From Candidatus Kerfeldbacteria bacterium (GTDB taxonomy: Bacteria; Patescibacteriota; Patescibacteriia; UBA9570; XYC2-FULL-38-9): a stretch of 64,000 bases of DNA. Below the pieces are notes generated by a model that was given only the letters and a program-made list of their open reading frames with translations, was not told the origin of the DNA and ran no database searches. Each line of letters starts with the position of its first letter. Within the stretch, counting starts at the first letter, position 1. The stretch is from positions 128,053-192,052 of the forward strand of contig JACPGJ010000007.1 in assembly GCA_016182555.1 (NCBI GenBank), given 5' to 3'. Positions 55,174-64,000 of this stretch are shown here, piece by piece. The position numbers and the translations under genes are program-made.

Positions 55174-58100
55174 ATGCCTCCTGCACCAGATCGCACATCG
55201 CGACGTGAATACAAACAATTGATTCATAAAAAAACAGCAGAGCAAGAACGAGCAGCTGTAGGGCAAATGGAAACGATCAGTTTTGAACGCGTTCAGGAAG
55301 CATTATGGCAACTCATTCCAGACAGCGATGATCCTCTCACCGTTGACTGGAAGAATGATTTTATCACTGATCATGCACCTATATGGATACAACGCGCAGA
55401 AGAAGAAGGATTATCAGAACAGATGGTATTGCGTGCGATTGGTGAAGTGAAAAAGCATATCAGCCTACGCGCTCGCACGGAATCGCGGTATGAACACACG
55501 GAAAACCTGCACGATGAATTGCAAGGCGCAGGAAATAGCTGGGTCAAAAAAACACTCATTCAATTAAAATATAAATGCACGGAATCTTTGGCTATTATTG
55601 GCCAAGGACCAGCAAAAACCGAAGCCGCCCGAAAACAACAGATTATTGCAGAAGTGGGCGCCATGCATACTGGTGGGAACGCGTTGCAAGAACTATTGCA
55701 AGGATCATTCGAAAAACAAATCGCCCAAAACCGATTACAGCGTTACGAACTCATTGGTGGCCTTCAATTTACAAAACTCATTGATGAATACCGAGAAGGA
55801 AAAATCACTGATCGGGAATTAACCGATAATGCAGACTATACAAGCGGTCTGGATAGCATTGCCGCATCATTACACATTGATGAACCATTTGAATTGGGTG
55901 AACCACCGGTGGTGATTGAACACCTGACTGAACCCCAAAAAGATGCCATTCGGCGGCACATCCGCTTTGTCCTACGCAGTGAAATTCTTCAACTATCACT
56001 CGTCACCGATAATAGCCGCGTGCACCGCTTAGCCGGATTGGATGATGGCAATCGTGAACAGATTACGCAATTTATTACTGGAATATCTACATCGGGTACC
56101 GCCTGGAACTTTCTTGCGCCGGTGGTTGGGAAAGCGGTCGTTGGTGCAACATTTGGTGCATTTTTAGCCAGTGGTGGCATTGCTCCCGCTCTAGCTGTGG
56201 GTGTGATCGGTGCAACTGCGGGCGCTGTGCGTGGTTCCATACGGCACCGCCAAATTGTTCGCCAACGACGGGTGGATATCGCGCTAGATCGTTTTAGAAA
56301 CAATGATGCTATACGCTCTCCTGAACAATTGATGGGTATCATCACCCAAAATATGGAAATTGCTCAACGTACACTAGACGCAGGCACCCCACCAGCACAA
56401 AATAGTATTACCACTCTCTACGCTTGCATACTCGAAGCGACCACTCGCCTACAATCATCACTCACTTCAGACCAACAATATATCACCATTAATAATGAGA
56501 ATCCCTTCGCCAATCGTGAACAGTTGAATGATACTATTGAAAATGCCCACGCATTGTTGGAACAAATGATTGAAGCGCTTCCGGAAGCACAACAGGCAAA
56601 GATACGCGAAGATTTAGGAAAAATCGCAAAAGATAAAAAGAAAGAATTTGCGGAAAAAAAACAACAACTAGAAACCGTAGTGCGTGGAGATAAAATAGAA
56701 CACGTGATAAATTCTGCAATCACGAGCGGAGCAGCGGCTTCGGTCGCTTCCATTGCAATGCACGTCATCCATGGTATGGATATTAGCCGCGGTCTTGATG
56801 CGCCGGCAGCTGGGTATACACAAAGACCCGATGATGTGATTGATATATTAAGTGACCACTCGGGAATGAGTCGGCATGCGACACTACGCAGTGTTGAAGT
56901 ATTGGAGTTAGTTGGTGGGGTGGTCACCGCAACAACAGGAATAGCTTCTTTCGCAGCTGAACACTGGTATACGGGCCCAACCGGTATTGGTAAACCACGG
57001 TCACATACCGCCATTCGCCCCATGCAAGAAATAATGCTGAAAGGAATACAAGGTGACCCACGCGTACATGAGACATTGGCAAATTTGCATGAAAAAGGGG
57101 CGATACTCCTCGAGCACACCACTGAACTGCATACAGCACTCACCGCACCTGCAGCATCTATGTGGCTGCATGGAGATATCGCCTCTATGGGTCAGATCAA
57201 TTTTCAAGAAGAAGAATGGCGTAACGCTTTAGAGACACTAGATGAAATACTGGTTGCAGCGCAAGCATTACCTACTGAGACACAAATGATACCCGTCACT
57301 GGTGATACGGATCTTTTATCTGTTCATATTGCCCTATTTGAAACCCAAGTCGCCGCAGCGCACAGCCTATTTGCAGAAACGTGTTTAATACGCATTGATA
57401 ACGCGATAAATAATGCAGACAAAGAGATTACTGAAGACATCGCTCGCCCCATACCAACCGATCTAGTGGCATTAAGACAAGAAAAATCATTTTTATATAA
57501 ACGTCTTCAGTTAATTGACCAACTCTATGCTGAACTCAATACTGTAGAAGTACACGTGGCGTACATGCAACCCTCACACAACCTCGAAAATATGCGACAA
57601 CGCATTGGTACCATAGAAATAGCATTAGAGAGCTATATACAGCGTATTGAAGATCAGATTCGTGTACTCGAAATTGCCGATGATCCTCATTTACAAGAGT
57701 TGAATGATCTATTAACAGATTTGACCGACACATATAAACATGCAGAAATAGTGGTGGATGAGACGCTGGTAAAGATACGAAAATATTATGAAAGCATAAC
57801 CGCCATTGTTCCACCCATGTTTGAATTGACATTAACACAATTTCGACAATGGAAGGGAAGAGGCGAAAATGAATTGAATCAATTGCTTGCAACACGGATT
57901 CCGGATCGGAGTGATTATGATATTCGTTTGACTGGTGACGTTACAATTAACGAACGCACACAAGAACTCTTTCAGCTACTCGCATCTGGAGAACAACGAT
58001 TATATGACCTGTATGTAGAGATCATTGATAACCGTGTTGCCGGCTGGACAACAGCAGTAGAAGAAATGCACACAACACATATTCAACCGATCGTTGATGA

Positions 58101-59580
58101 TAAACATCTGACTCCACAAGAACGCACGCAACAATTAACACAACAAAAAAACTTATTAAGCTCTCTACAAACAGGCATTGCTCAGTGGCGCACATTTATA
58201 CAAACGCATCCGGCAACCCAAGGGGCAACAAGCGCTATAGATCGGTATGCCACCGTGGTGCAAGGAGCGATTTATCAAATTGATAGTTTTTGGAGAAATA
58301 ACACAGAACGAGACCAATGGATGGAACGATTACCGGAGCAGCAAACCAAAGATGAAGTGCGCCTGATCATTACAGCGATTGCGGCACTATCATCTATGGA
58401 TGATCCTGCAGCCATTATTGATATCAAAAAATCTATAAAAGCACCGCGTGAACATATACGCGACGAACTACAAAAAATAAAAGCTAATCCTGCGGAGCGA
58501 CTTCTCCAGTATGAACGTTTGGCTGCATACGAAGCAACGAATGTGGCATTGAGCGAAGCCGTTAATGAATTAAACACCAAAATAAAAGATTTGACGTTGG
58601 TGATGATTCAAACCGTAGATCAAGAAATTAATACGCTAGATTTGCAACCGCCAGAGATGACTCCACAAGACATCCCGGCAGAAACGCAACAGCTGACTGA
58701 TAGAAATAGCCCGTTGCGACGACAGATGGAGGCGATTCAAAGATGCGTTGGCGTATTTATGCACCCACCGCAACCCCCTGTAAGTGGGCGCTTTCTCACC
58801 CGAGACCAATTACTCACTCCACATCGTCAACTAGAATTCCGTGTGGCTGGTTTGCAAGAAGGTATCTTCATTTATACAACTCCAGAAGCAACACTAGAAA
58901 CGCAAACAACGGCGATTGAACAACGTTTGGTGCAGGCGCTAGGAAATCAATTTATTGATTTGTTTTATATGGAAATGTGGAATGATGATATTCAAGCGCG
59001 CTATGCTGTCGCTAAAAAATTTGAAGAAGAATATCGTTATGCCGGACAATTACGCTTTGTTTTGAAAACTCCTGCAGATCGCATGACGCAAGTCTTGGGG
59101 TCTGACTCACAACAATACAGTGCACGAATGAAGACACTCGTTGAACGAGCCGTTCAGCGTGATTTCCCAATCTTTCGTGCTGCCGGAGAACCAGACCTCC
59201 CAGAAAAATTACAATATGCGTTGTATGCATTTCGTCATAAAATGCTTGCTCAACTGGAAGAACTAGTCGGAGAAGCCGCTGCGATACAAATCGGATCAGA
59301 ACTCATTGCACAACTAGGCGCGAACATAGAAACCGCTATTGCCAATGCGAATACCGTCATAGAGATATTGGAATACAAAAAAACACAAGCATCTAGCAGG
59401 CAAAAAAATGTACAGCAACAATTGTTACGCATTTATCATTTAGACAATGCCTCACCACAACGCATCGCACAATTTGTTTCTCTAGTGGTCAACTATCAAT
59501 CTAAAATACCAGATCCACAACACGCAGGAAAATTTATTGATAATCAACCGCTATTTGTTTTGTTGAAGCAAGTCAGCTAA
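55174..59580 (+). CDS. Large (1,468 aa) helical hypothetical protein with Gly/Ala-rich hydrophobic segments
   Basis: Long ORF with no signal peptide; hydrophobic stretch near aa 310-355 and weaker ones near aa 510-600; otherwise coiled-coil-like. Confidence 0.7.
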   Translation: MPPAPDRTSRREYKQLIHKKTAEQERAAVGQMETISFERVQEALWQLIPDSDDPLTVDWKNDFITDHAPIWIQRAEEEGLSEQMVLRAIGEVKKHISLRARTESRYEHTENLHDELQGAGNSWVKKTLIQLKYKCTESLAIIGQGPAKTEAARKQQIIAEVGAMHTGGNALQELLQGSFEKQIAQNRLQRYELIGGLQFTKLIDEYREGKITDRELTDNADYTSGLDSIAASLHIDEPFELGEPPVVIEHLTEPQKDAIRRHIRFVLRSEILQLSLVTDNSRVHRLAGLDDGNREQITQFITGISTSGTAWNFLAPVVGKAVVGATFGAFLASGGIAPALAVGVIGATAGAVRGSIRHRQIVRQRRVDIALDRFRNNDAIRSPEQLMGIITQNMEIAQRTLDAGTPPAQNSITTLYACILEATTRLQSSLTSDQQYITINNENPFANREQLNDTIENAHALLEQMIEALPEAQQAKIREDLGKIAKDKKKEFAEKKQQLETVVRGDKIEHVINSAITSGAAASVASIAMHVIHGMDISRGLDAPAAGYTQRPDDVIDILSDHSGMSRHATLRSVEVLELVGGVVTATTGIASFAAEHWYTGPTGIGKPRSHTAIRPMQEIMLKGIQGDPRVHETLANLHEKGAILLEHTTELHTALTAPAASMWLHGDIASMGQINFQEEEWRNALETLDEILVAAQALPTETQMIPVTGDTDLLSVHIALFETQVAAAHSLFAETCLIRIDNAINNADKEITEDIARPIPTDLVALRQEKSFLYKRLQLIDQLYAELNTVEVHVAYMQPSHNLENMRQRIGTIEIALESYIQRIEDQIRVLEIADDPHLQELNDLLTDLTDTYKHAEIVVDETLVKIRKYYESITAIVPPMFELTLTQFRQWKGRGENELNQLLATRIPDRSDYDIRLTGDVTINERTQELFQLLASGEQRLYDLYVEIIDNRVAGWTTAVEEMHTTHIQPIVDDKHLTPQERTQQLTQQKNLLSSLQTGIAQWRTFIQTHPATQGATSAIDRYATVVQGAIYQIDSFWRNNTERDQWMERLPEQQTKDEVRLIITAIAALSSMDDPAAIIDIKKSIKAPREHIRDELQKIKANPAERLLQYERLAAYEATNVALSEAVNELNTKIKDLTLVMIQTVDQEINTLDLQPPEMTPQDIPAETQQLTDRNSPLRRQMEAIQRCVGVFMHPPQPPVSGRFLTRDQLLTPHRQLEFRVAGLQEGIFIYTTPEATLETQTTAIEQRLVQALGNQFIDLFYMEMWNDDIQARYAVAKKFEEEYRYAGQLRFVLKTPADRMTQVLGSDSQQYSARMKTLVERAVQRDFPIFRAAGEPDLPEKLQYALYAFRHKMLAQLEELVGEAAAIQIGSELIAQLGANIETAIANANTVIEILEYKKTQASSRQKNVQQQLLRIYHLDNASPQRIAQFVSLVVNYQSKIPDPQHAGKFIDNQPLFVLLKQVS

Positions 59581-60388
59581 TACACCGTAACGCCTCCCAA
59601 TCTTGTATAGATAGGTCTTGTGGGCGAATATCTTCACGGAGACCAATACTGGCAATGAGCGCTTTGGCTTGCACGGCGCTGATGTGCAAACCGGCTTGAA
59701 GATTATTATGCAGCTGTTTCCGCTTCGACGCAAAACAAATTTTCACTAACCGCATCAATGCTTCTGGTTCGGGTGAAAGTGCTTGTGGGCGTATGCGTAT
59801 GCTGATCACCGCGCTTTCCACTTTTGGTGCCGGGTAAAAACTCGTTGGTGGAACAATACGTATAATTTCTGCCGTTGCATACAGCTGCACGGCGTTGGCA
59901 AGTACACTCATTTTCCCGGGTTCAGCAATCATCCGTTCCGCTACCTCTTTTTGAACCATCACCACCATCTGTGACGGTTTGGGTTCATGTTCCAAAAAAT
60001 AACGCATCACCCAAGAAGTAATATTATATGGTAAGTTTGCGACCATTTTGTATTGCCGAGTACGGAGGTGTGCTTCCGCGAGGTGAAATGTACGAATATC
60101 GGCGTTATGTAATTCCACGTTGCCGAAAATTTTGAGTATTTTTTTGAGTGCTGGGATCATATCGCGATCTTGTTCTACGGCGACAACGCGGCCTGCCTGT
60201 TGCGCGAGTTGTTGTGTAAGCACACCTAAGCCCGGTCCAATTTCCAGCACCGTGTCGTCTTTCGTGAGTTGCGCGGCGTTGATGGTATCTTCAATCACCT
60301 GGTCGTCGAGCAAAAAATTTTGTCCTTGCTCGCGCCGTGGCTTGATTCCGTATTTGTTCAATAACGCATGCAACTGGTCTGGTGTCAT
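59573..60388 (-). CDS. rsmA: 16S rRNA m6,2A dimethyltransferase
   Basis: GQNFL, VLEIGPGLGVLT, ANLPYNITS, MVQKEVAER, F.PAPKVESA. Confidence 0.96.
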   Translation of the reverse strand: MTPDQLHALLNKYGIKPRREQGQNFLLDDQVIEDTINAAQLTKDDTVLEIGPGLGVLTQQLAQQAGRVVAVEQDRDMIPALKKILKIFGNVELHNADIRTFHLAEAHLRTRQYKMVANLPYNITSWVMRYFLEHEPKPSQMVVMVQKEVAERMIAEPGKMSVLANAVQLYATAEIIRIVPPTSFYPAPKVESAVISIRIRPQALSPEPEALMRLVKICFASKRKQLHNNLQAGLHISAVQAKALIASIGLREDIRPQDLSIQDWEALRCIS

Positions 60389-61458
60389 ATTTTGGTTGGT
60401 GTTTCAATAGTAATTGATGGATCACGGTCGAGCATTTGCGGTTGTACAAGCATTTCACCGCGTTGAAATTTATAATACGCAGCAAGACCGATCATCGCGG
60501 CGTTATCTGTGGAAAATTTCGGCGCTGGAAAATAGGTTGGCATGTTAAGCTTTTTGGCCTCTGTGCGTAAACGCTTACGCAATGCACTATTTGCACTCAC
60601 TCCTCCGCCAAGCAGAATCATTTTTGGTTTGTGTTGCGCTGCGGCCCGCATCGTTTTGCTCACCAGGACATCCACAACCGCTTCTTGAAACGACGCACAA
60701 TAGTCAGGAATAATTTTTGCGAACTTCTTTGCACCGAGTTCTTTTTTGAGCGTATTTGTGTTGTATAAACACGCAGTTTTCAAGCCAGAAAAACTAAAAT
60801 CGAAATTCGGTTTATCTTTCATTGGCCGTGGTAGTGGATATTTGTGCTTGTCACCACCTTCAGCGAGTTTGGAGATAATGGGACCACCCGGGTAGCCAAG
60901 ATCGAGCATGCGCGACACTTTATCAAACGCTTCTCCAGCCGCGTCATCCAGTGTTTGGCCAAGCAGCTTGTATTCGCCAATCTTTTCTGCCCACACAATT
61001 TCTGTGTGACCACCAGAAACGACAAGTGCTATACACGGAAACTGAGGTTTCGTAATGCCGGAATAACTTTTTCCAGTACGATTTTTCAATAATGCTGACA
61101 GCGTGTGCCCTTCCATGTGGTTCACCGCAATCAAGGGCAATGAAAATTCTTGTGCCAACTCTTTTGCTTTGCGTACACCTACTTCGAGCGCCGGAGCAAG
61201 CCCCGGGCCGTATGTCACCGCAATAGCGTGGACATTCTTCATCTCTTTCACGCCCGACCGTTTCAACGCAACAGCAATACACCCATCAATCATTTTTTCG
61301 TGTTCACGGCGAGCGAGTTGCGGCACGATTCCACCCCATTCTTTGTGCACATCAATTTGCGAAGACACAATATTTGCAAGCACGCGGTTATTTTGCGTCA
61401 CGGCAACAGATGTGTCATCACATGATGTATCAATAGCAAGAATAGTAATCGTTTTCAT
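60385..61458 (-). CDS. tsaD: tRNA t6A threonylcarbamoyltransferase TsaD
   Basis: ILAIDTSCDDT, GPGL, VNHMEGH, VSGGHT, DDAAGEAFDK, FSFSGLKT, TDNAAMI. Start set at MKTITIL. Confidence 0.96.
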   Translation of the reverse strand: MKTITILAIDTSCDDTSVAVTQNNRVLANIVSSQIDVHKEWGGIVPQLARREHEKMIDGCIAVALKRSGVKEMKNVHAIAVTYGPGLAPALEVGVRKAKELAQEFSLPLIAVNHMEGHTLSALLKNRTGKSYSGITKPQFPCIALVVSGGHTEIVWAEKIGEYKLLGQTLDDAAGEAFDKVSRMLDLGYPGGPIISKLAEGGDKHKYPLPRPMKDKPNFDFSFSGLKTACLYNTNTLKKELGAKKFAKIIPDYCASFQEAVVDVLVSKTMRAAAQHKPKMILLGGGVSANSALRKRLRTEAKKLNMPTYFPAPKFSTDNAAMIGLAAYYKFQRGEMLVQPQMLDRDPSITIETPTKI

Positions 61459-61459
61459 A

Positions 61460-62539
61460 TTACTTTTCAATTTCATATTCAAAGTGACGCGTTTGTTCAT
61501 CAGGAGCCGCAATACGAATTTTTATCACCACCGCGCTGCGCAAATATGGTTCAATGTACTCGCTTACTTTATTCGCCCATTCAATCACCACTACATTTGG
61601 CGCGCGGAATATTTCTTTCGGCTGTAGCGCATCTATTTCGCTCGGCGCATACAAACGGTAGGTGTCGATGTGCTGCAAGGTAATCGGTTTGCGGCCAATT
61701 CTACCCTTATACTCACAACAAATGGTAAATGTCGGCGAAACCACCACATCTTTCACACCAAGTTTTTTCGCAAGATATTTAGTGAAATACGTTTTGCCTG
61801 CACCTAAATCGCCTTGCAATAAAAAGACCACGGTTTTCTTTCCCAAACGAGTACCAAGCTTTTCATATAATTGCTCCACAAATTGCTCCGTGTCTTCCAA
61901 AGCATGTGCAATAAACAGTTTTGGATATGGCAAATCTAAACCACCTTCACGCAGAATATGCACGGTATCGAGCGTTGTATCGACAATCGTACTCGGTTTT
62001 CGTTTTGGTAAACGGCCGGCATCGATGATTAACCCGACCATTTTTTTTTGCTTCGTGGACAAATTACTGAAAATATCGTTAATCGTGTACGGTGTTTTTT
62101 TGTAGGAAGCGTTAGCCGATGTTGCCGTAATCGGTTTTTTAAATGCACGCACCAAGTTCAACACAAATGAATGATCAGGAATACGAATGCCTTGTGTGCC
62201 CTGGCTACTCTCCACTCCGCGCGCAAATTTGTGTTTGCTTTTTGAAACCACGGTTATTGGCCCAGGCAAAAAATTGTCATAGATGTTTTTCGCTGTTTTG
62301 TTGATGTGCACGTATTTTGCCGCCATCTTCGCATCAGTCACGGCCACCGATATCGGCTTGTCTTGCCGTTTCGTTTTATATGTAAGCAGTTTGTCGATCG
62401 CCTCTTGGTTCGTGCTATCTGCGCCAATACCATAACAGGTTTCGGTCGGATAAATCACTAACCCACCTTCTTTTAACACCGTTATGGCTTCCGCAATAAC
62501 TTTCTTCTGATTATATTTTGTGAGTTTAACTCGTTGCAT
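61460..62539 (-). CDS. tsaC: TsaC (YrdC/Sua5) - TsaE (YjeE) fusion protein
   Basis: N-terminal half YPTETCYG, K.R...KPI, PGPIT, ATSANAS; C-terminal half LQGDLGAGKT, VVSPTFTI, HIDTYRL, VIEWA. Confidence 0.9.
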   Translation of the reverse strand: MQRVKLTKYNQKKVIAEAITVLKEGGLVIYPTETCYGIGADSTNQEAIDKLLTYKTKRQDKPISVAVTDAKMAAKYVHINKTAKNIYDNFLPGPITVVSKSKHKFARGVESSQGTQGIRIPDHSFVLNLVRAFKKPITATSANASYKKTPYTINDIFSNLSTKQKKMVGLIIDAGRLPKRKPSTIVDTTLDTVHILREGGLDLPYPKLFIAHALEDTEQFVEQLYEKLGTRLGKKTVVFLLQGDLGAGKTYFTKYLAKKLGVKDVVVSPTFTICCEYKGRIGRKPITLQHIDTYRLYAPSEIDALQPKEIFRAPNVVVIEWANKVSEYIEPYLRSAVVIKIRIAAPDEQTRHFEYEIEK

Positions 62540-62546
62540 AAGAATA

Positions 62547-63800
62547 TTAAAACAAATTGCGGTATTCAATACCATTCTCAACTCCCGGCTTATTGGTAAA
62601 ACAATATACCATTTTTTTCTCTACGGTATATTCCTCTGCGAAACTCGCGAAACTTTTTATCGCCCGCATATGTTTTCTCTCTTTTGCTTTCACTTCAATT
62701 AAATCAAAAATATCGTATCTATTGCTCGCCACAAAATCAATCTCTGTTTGGTTTTTTGTACGCCAAAAATATATTTCTTGTTCATATCTATGCTTCAACT
62801 CATTCAACACCATGTTCTCAGCAAGAAAACCATAATCTGCACGCAGATGCACATCATCAAAACTATTCAAAAAATAATTCCGTACACCCATGTCAAAAAA
62901 ATAAACCTTCGGTTGCTTCGTCACCTCTTTACGGACATTCCGGTAGTATGGACGAATGATTTGTAACAGATAAGTCTCCTGCATATAAAACAAGTACTGT
63001 TCCAGTGTTCTCAATTCCACATTTGCCGTATTGCTCATTTCAGACATATTCACTAAATTACCAATCTGTGCAGCCAAAAGTTTCAATACCGTGTTATATT
63101 TTTGCGGCGATTGCACTTTCAAAAAATCAGTAACGTCTTTTTGAAAATAAGATTGAACAATTTCGGCAAGCAACTGTTTTTTCTTTTGAGTATTGTTTGC
63201 TTTGACCACTGCTGGGTATCCACCAAATGTCATATATTCATCAAACATTCTTCTCGTTGGTACAAGGTTTGCAAAACGATATTGCATAAATTCTTGAAAT
63301 GTGAGAGGGAGAATAGTAAATATGCGTTTGCGTCCAGCCAGAGATTCTTTAATCGCACTTTTAATTTCCAGCGCGGAAGAACCGGAAGCAACTATTTTTG
63401 TATTGATCACATTCATTTTCTGCAGGTCATACAGTTGTTTCAAAAATACACCAGGGGTTGGTAATAGCTGTACTTCATCCAGAAAAAAATAAGTCTTCTC
63501 GGTCGATGATAATTCAAATTGCGCAAGAAATTCCACAGCATTTTCTGACTTACGTAACTCTATATAGTCAAAATTGACATACCAAATGTTCTTTGGCGAT
63601 ACACCGCTGTTGATAAGATGCTCTATCTGCAACATCATCAGTGTTGTTTTTCCCACCTGACGAGGCCCAACAAGCAAAGAGATTACCTCATCTTCTAAGG
63701 CATCAATAATTTCAGGTAATTGAATACGTTGAACTACTCTTCCGAGATCAATAGAACCACTAGCTTTCCAAGGATTTATCTTGTCTACAATAGAATCCAT
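62547..63800 (-). CDS. AAA_14 ATPase with DUF4143 (HTH and nuclease-like C-terminus)
   Basis: GPRQVGKT, FLDEVQ, SGSS, LAGR, GGYP, PKVYFFDMG, ENMV, FWRT....EIDF....IEVK. Confidence 0.9.
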   Translation of the reverse strand: MDSIVDKINPWKASGSIDLGRVVQRIQLPEIIDALEDEVISLLVGPRQVGKTTLMMLQIEHLINSGVSPKNIWYVNFDYIELRKSENAVEFLAQFELSSTEKTYFFLDEVQLLPTPGVFLKQLYDLQKMNVINTKIVASGSSALEIKSAIKESLAGRKRIFTILPLTFQEFMQYRFANLVPTRRMFDEYMTFGGYPAVVKANNTQKKKQLLAEIVQSYFQKDVTDFLKVQSPQKYNTVLKLLAAQIGNLVNMSEMSNTANVELRTLEQYLFYMQETYLLQIIRPYYRNVRKEVTKQPKVYFFDMGVRNYFLNSFDDVHLRADYGFLAENMVLNELKHRYEQEIYFWRTKNQTEIDFVASNRYDIFDLIEVKAKERKHMRAIKSFASFAEEYTVEKKMVYCFTNKPGVENGIEYRNLF

Positions 63801-63804
63801 ATAT

Positions 63805-63861
63805 AAGTACTTTAAAGTTGTATGGTACTACTATTTTAAAGTACTTTAAAATTACAGTCAA
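63805..63861 (-). promoter_or_regulatory. Promoter overlapped by a perfect 20-bp palindrome, with a second partial site
   Basis: TTGACT-17-TAAAAT; palindrome ATTTTAAAGTACTTTAAAAT at 63833-63852; AAGTACTTTAAA repeated at 63805-63816. Confidence 0.7.
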
Positions 63862-64000
63862 GTATTGTGTTGGAATTTTTGCTTACTTTAGCAAAATATT
63901 AAAAACTTTTCTAAAAATATCGAAAACTTGACCTAATTGTATTGTAAATATATACAAATGAAAAATTAGAAATGCTTTTCGCAGCAGTTAGAACTATATT

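Noticed and set aside
1-64000. Alternative genetic code (UGA = Gly) or a prophage/IS element
   Set aside because: Genes such as tsaD, tsaC-tsaE and the antitoxin end at TGA with expected lengths and tight overlaps. No integrase, transposase or phage structural genes were recognised.

Overview
The window looks like a chromosomal segment of a Patescibacteria/CPR bacterium, probably ABY1/Parcubacteria-like. This is inferred from gene content; the genetic code is standard and many genes lack a Shine-Dalgarno sequence or appear leaderless. The left part holds housekeeping and envelope genes (dnaG, lemA-htpX, clpC, comF, recG, radA), three tRNAs (Arg-GCG, Ser-TGA, Ser-GCT), a MazEF-type toxin-antitoxin pair, a SulP transporter and two GT-C glycosyltransferases. 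The centre (23.0-36.7 kb and 43.1-54.7 kb, all minus strand) is a CPR-type T4SS-like cluster: VirB6-like, PrgI, VirB4, a VirB8/TcpC-like protein, DsbA, a pilin fused to an M15 peptidase, and a ~3,580-aa Cys-rich vWA giant protein. The cluster is interrupted by a ~6.3-kb accessory island (36.8-43.1 kb), which is the most interesting part. (i) Three copies of a 40-bp repeat each precede a sigma70-type promoter that fires into a structured RNA. Two of these RNAs converge on nuclease-fold genes (DUF3800, NYN), and those genes, plus a DUF3800 pseudogene, share a short hairpin/U-tract leader. (ii) A secreted protein with a YPVTADP-delimited hydrophobic tip is followed by an array of small membrane immunity-like paralogs, and the spacers still hold relics of alternative toxin tips. 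(iii) A GC-rich, myxobacterial-style MYXO-CTERM gene. The right end holds DUF5663, a 1,468-aa helical protein, rsmA, tsaD, a tsaC-tsaE fusion and an AAA/DUF4143 gene with a palindromic operator. All calls come from motif recognition by eye; no database searches were run.
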